Below, piece by piece: positions 25,253 through 28,838 of a DNA stretch of 28,838 bases. This DNA comes from Gemmatimonadota bacterium (GTDB taxonomy: Bacteria; Latescibacterota; UBA2968; UBA8231), in assembly GCA_038128265.1 (NCBI GenBank), contig JAYPJE010000010.1, positions 1 to 28,838 on the forward strand, read 5' to 3'. Each line of letters begins with the position of its first letter. Position 1 is the first letter of the stretch. The translations under genes were made by a program, and so were the position numbers. The notes under the pieces were generated by a model, which ran no database searches, was not told the origin of the DNA, and worked only from the letters and a program-made list of their open reading frames with translations.

Positions 25253-26861
25253 GGTGCGCCTCAGGCCGAATGGCCCGTTCGACAATGCGCTTGAAGTTGA
25301 GCCCGAGGACCTTTTCCTTGCTCTGCAGCGGCAAGTCCGCCCACAGAACCCAGCCCAGCTGCTGGCGCGGATCGCGCATGGGCGCATCGGTGCCAAAGAG
25401 CACGTGCTCGTCGTCGGTGGCCTCTACCAGGAACTCGACGACGCGATTGGTCACCGGCGTTAGCGTGAGCTCGGCATAGACGTTGGGGTGTTCGACAATG
25501 CAGGCAGCCACTTCTTCGGCAAAGGCGTATGAACCGCCGGCATGGGCGATAATCCAGCTCATATTCGGAAAGCGCGCGGCCAGTCGACCGACCCCGGCCA
25601 CACCACCCGTGTGCGGCGCCACGTGCATCAGCGCATAGAGTTGATGGGCATCGCCAAAAGCCCACCACGGCATAAAGCCCTCGTCTTCGTAGGAGAGATT
25701 CATATGCACGTAGGGTTTGAGGCCGACAAAGCCCTGCTGGCAATAGCGCCTATCAATTTCTGCGTCTATTGCAGCCCGATCCATGTGGGTTGGATCAATG
25801 ACGGCAACGCCGAGGATTTCATCGCCATAGCGCTGCATGGCGCGCCAAACTACGTCGTTGCCATCCTCGGCATCCGTGCAGACGGGACCGTGCCAGCTCA
25901 TCATGGCGATGCGGTCGATGCCACACCAGTGATTTACCTCCAGCATGCCGGCTGCGTCGCCGTCATACATTACATAATTGGCGCCGGCCCCTTGCCCGCC
26001 CTCGTGCAGCACGTGGGCATGCGCATCAAAAACAAACTTCGACTGCGGACGGCCAGCGCGCGCATCCGCTACGCATACATCGTCGGGACGCAGCGTTGGC
26101 GCGGCCACCTGCGGTCCCTGCCCCTTTAGCAGACGGCACAGGTTGCCCCCGGCAATGCGCTCCTTGCTCAGCGCCGGTATCTGCGCATAGTCGACAAAGG
26201 CCCGCGCCGCACCCGGCGATTTCTCCGTGCCCCCCGTGCCAAAGAGCAGGCGCTCATCGCCAAACTCCTGCACGTAGCGCTCGAGGCCACGATTGATCTG
26301 ATAAGCTGAGAATTCAATGTGTACATTCTCGTGCAGCTGCAGCAGGCGGTGCACATAGCGCTGCTGAGACCAGGTGTGATCAGTCAGCAGCACGGGCAGG
26401 CGCGGATAGCGTTCGAGCAGCGCGTGGAAAAAGGCGAGTGGGTCGGTGCCTCCCCATCCAATCGACAGCAGCGTAAGCACCTGCGCTTCCTGTAAGACAT
26501 CCAGAGTTTCTCCCGCGCTCGCTTCACCCAGTGAGTAATTCCCTGCCACGAGGCGCACTGCGCGGACGTCAGCCGCCTCCATTGCACCGAGCAAGTGGTC
26601 GCCCGTTGCGTAGGCGTCCGGCGAGCCGATCGGCAAGATGCACCACAGCGGAAAGAGCATATCGGGTGCTTTGGCAATCTCCTCGGCGAGCCGACCGTTG
26701 CCGTAGCGCGGATCGTAGGAATGGGCCAGCCCGTGACTGACGAGCGCACCCGACAGCTCGGCCAACCGCATGTCCTCCAGCCACTGCTCCGTAGACCAGC
26801 GCGTGCGCTTGTGTTTCATGGGGCGCTGGCCTATGCAAGCATGCGCATCAAAGTAGAGCAT
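25242..26861 (-). CDS. Tandem two-domain amidohydrolase-family (Amidohydro_2-like) protein
   Basis: Domain 1 has FDAHACIG...ERLLFGTG...IAGGNL. Domain 2 has FDAHAH...GLKPY...IAHAGG...VLFGTDAP...LGLNF. Start at ATG 26861 from GGGAGG spacing (alternative 26867). Confidence 0.88.
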   Translation of the reverse strand: MLYFDAHACIGQRPMKHKRTRWSTEQWLEDMRLAELSGALVSHGLAHSYDPRYGNGRLAEEIAKAPDMLFPLWCILPIGSPDAYATGDHLLGAMEAADVRAVRLVAGNYSLGEASAGETLDVLQEAQVLTLLSIGWGGTDPLAFFHALLERYPRLPVLLTDHTWSQQRYVHRLLQLHENVHIEFSAYQINRGLERYVQEFGDERLLFGTGGTEKSPGAARAFVDYAQIPALSKERIAGGNLCRLLKGQGPQVAAPTLRPDDVCVADARAGRPQSKFVFDAHAHVLHEGGQGAGANYVMYDGDAAGMLEVNHWCGIDRIAMMSWHGPVCTDAEDGNDVVWRAMQRYGDEILGVAVIDPTHMDRAAIDAEIDRRYCQQGFVGLKPYVHMNLSYEDEGFMPWWAFGDAHQLYALMHVAPHTGGVAGVGRLAARFPNMSWIIAHAGGSYAFAEEVAACIVEHPNVYAELTLTPVTNRVVEFLVEATDDEHVLFGTDAPMRDPRQQLGWVLWADLPLQSKEKVLGLNFKRIVERAIRPEAHHGN

Positions 26862-26971
26862 GGTCATCCTCCCGTTAGGACGTTCTAATCTACGCCGCCC
26901 AGCAGTGCGCGTCTACGTCGAATACCCCCCTCTGCAATGCGGTCCTATACGCTGTGTGCCAGCAACGCACG

Positions 26972-28120
26972 TCACTCCTCGTCATTGCGCATCTGCCCCA
27001 GCGCAGCCAATCCATAGCACAGCGCTCCGCATAGAAAAATCCACCCCGTCGGCAGCTGCCACTGCGGCATCATCCACCCGACGAGCGGCCCCAGACAGGC
27101 ACCCAAGTCGACGGCCGTTACATAGGATGCTACAGCGCGCGAACCGCGCACGCCGGCATCGGCAACTAAAGCCACGTTGGATCCGGTTGCACAGACAAAA
27201 AATATCAGCACGCAGATCACGCGCAGCCCCAACATGCCGTCAAGAGAGGCCACGGCCAGGGCCAGCGCGCCGATGGCTAAGAAAGCCATTGCTCCCAGGC
27301 GCCGACCCCAGCGGTCGCTCACCCCTCCTAACAGCGGGGCGAAGAGGTCGGCAATCCAGCGCATCGACATCAGCGCGCCCGTCAGCGTAGCCACGCCAAT
27401 CGCCAGACCGGCCACCGTAATTCCACTTCCGAGCGCCTCTCCCATGACCAAACCCAGTGTCGACATAATGGCGCCCTGCCCCACAAACCCTACGGCAAAC
27501 CCGCCCAAGACAATGCGAAAGGTAGCCGGCCGCATCGGCCGGTTTGCCCCGGCCTGATCGCCTTGCTCAACGCCTGCACTGCGCGCCAGCGCGCCCAGCG
27601 GCAGCGCCAAACACGAGAACCCCGACAGCAGCCACAGCACCCCCGTAAACCCCAGCAGATCGTGGCCCAGGGCACCCAAAAAATTGCCACAGACCGATCC
27701 CAGGCGCGACAGGCCGCTGTAAAGGCCCATTGCGCGGCCCACATGGCCTTCTTCGCTGCTTTCCGAAACGGTCATCAGGCCAATCTGGCGGATAAAGGTC
27801 CAGCACAGGCCCCACAGCACGCGAGCTACCAGCAGGAAAGCAAACGACGACAGTATGGCATACGACGCCGTCAGGATTGCGCCGCCCAATAGCGAGGAGA
27901 GAAAGAGCACGCGCGGAGCATAGCGGCGCGACATGCGCTCGCTCCAGTGGTTGATAAAGACGCGTACAAAGCGGTTGGCCGATAGCAATACACCTACGTG
28001 CCACGGCAACAGCCCCAGCTCCAAATAGTAGGTGGGCAACACGGCATAGAGCGTCTGATCTCCCAGAAGCGAAAAGGCCGTTGCCCCGCCAACTAGCACG
28101 ACTTTTGAGTTTCTTTTCAC
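26972..28120 (-). CDS. MFS transporter
   Basis: About 12 TM helices and motif A GGVSDRWGRR. GTG start overlaps the recG stop. Confidence 0.9.
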   Translation of the reverse strand: MKRNSKVVLVGGATAFSLLGDQTLYAVLPTYYLELGLLPWHVGVLLSANRFVRVFINHWSERMSRRYAPRVLFLSSLLGGAILTASYAILSSFAFLLVARVLWGLCWTFIRQIGLMTVSESSEEGHVGRAMGLYSGLSRLGSVCGNFLGALGHDLLGFTGVLWLLSGFSCLALPLGALARSAGVEQGDQAGANRPMRPATFRIVLGGFAVGFVGQGAIMSTLGLVMGEALGSGITVAGLAIGVATLTGALMSMRWIADLFAPLLGGVSDRWGRRLGAMAFLAIGALALAVASLDGMLGLRVICVLIFFVCATGSNVALVADAGVRGSRAVASYVTAVDLGACLGPLVGWMMPQWQLPTGWIFLCGALCYGLAALGQMRNDEE

Positions 28121-28838
28121 GACGCTCCCTCAACCAGCGCTTCGGCTTCTACCCGCGCCGCCTTGAGCAATTCTTCGTCGCGCAGGATATCGGCGACCTT
28201 GAACTCCGGCAAGCCGGCCTGACGCGTGCCAAAAAACTCACCCGGGCCGCGAATCTGCAGGTCCTTTTCGGCGATAATAAATCCGTCCTGCGTCGATACC
28301 ATCGCATCCAGGCGCTCTCCGGCGTCGGAACCTTCCGATGTTTCCTGATGGTAGCCAACCAGAATGCAAAACGACTGGGCTGCCCCACGGCCAACCCGGC
28401 CGCGCAACTGGTGCAGCTGTGCCAACCCAAAGCGCTCGGCGTGCTCGATAATCATCACGGTGGCATTGGGCACGTCGACGCCCACTTCAATTACGGTCGT
28501 ACTTACTAGTGCCTGCAGCTGGTTGGCCTTAAATGCTTCCATAACAGCGGTTTTCTCCTCTGCCTCCATCCGACCGTGCAATAGCCCCACCTCGAACTCA
28601 CCCAGCGAGCCCCCGGCCAATTCCGCGTGCGCTTCAACCGCAGATTTGAGATCCATTTTTTCCGATTCCTCCACCAGCGGATACACTACGTAGACCTGGC
28701 GCCCCTGCCGCATCTGGTCGGCGGCAAATTCAAAGATGGCCTCGCGGCGATCGGCACCGCGCCGCGCCGTTCGGATGGGCTGACGGCCCGGCGGCAGTTC
28801 GTCAATAAGCGAAACGTCCAAATCGCCATAGAGCGTCA
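28117..28838 (-). CDS. recG: ATP-dependent DNA helicase RecG, C-terminal part; 5' end outside the window
   Basis: YGDLDVSLIDELPPGR, STTVIEVGVDVPNA, FGLAQLHQLRGRVGRG and DLQIRGPGEFFGTRQAG. Confidence 0.97.
   Translation of the reverse strand, partial: TLYGDLDVSLIDELPPGRQPIRTARRGADRREAIFEFAADQMRQGRQVYVVYPLVEESEKMDLKSAVEAHAELAGGSLGEFEVGLLHGRMEAEEKTAVMEAFKANQLQALVSTTVIEVGVDVPNATVMIIEHAERFGLAQLHQLRGRVGRGAAQSFCILVGYHQETSEGSDAGERLDAMVSTQDGFIIAEKDLQIRGPGEFFGTRQAGLPEFKVADILRDEELLKAARVEAEALVEGAS

Overview
This 28.8-kb window is bacterial, GC-rich and gene-dense. It comes from a diderm: it encodes a TonB-dependent receptor, a porin and a periplasmic PstS. A T9SS-type C-terminal sorting domain suggests an FCB-group relative such as Latescibacterota (inference only). 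The left 10.8 kb is a phosphate-acquisition island: porin-pstS-pstC-pstA on the minus strand, with pstA running off the window, and divergently a SusD-less TonB-dependent receptor followed by a secreted Asp/Gly-rich protein with a C-terminal sorting tail. The porin, pstS, the receptor and the secreted protein each have the same upstream architecture, read directly from the sequence: four hexamers (consensus YGTMAC) at exact 11-bp spacing, a 10-bp spacer, then a -10-like hexamer. This is the geometry of PhoB-activated promoters, and it ties the uncharacterised receptor and secreted protein to the Pho response. The rest of the window is mostly housekeeping and metabolic: glgC, an L,D-transpeptidase, EamA, an SDR, an enolase-superfamily gene remnant, a 4-domain S1 protein coupled to trpBA, qor with a PerR/Fur-like palindrome, a Rieske-domain protein, aspartokinase, a class V PLP enzyme, a tandem amidohydrolase, an MFS transporter and a partial recG. 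I saw no rRNA, tRNA, CRISPR array or mobile element.
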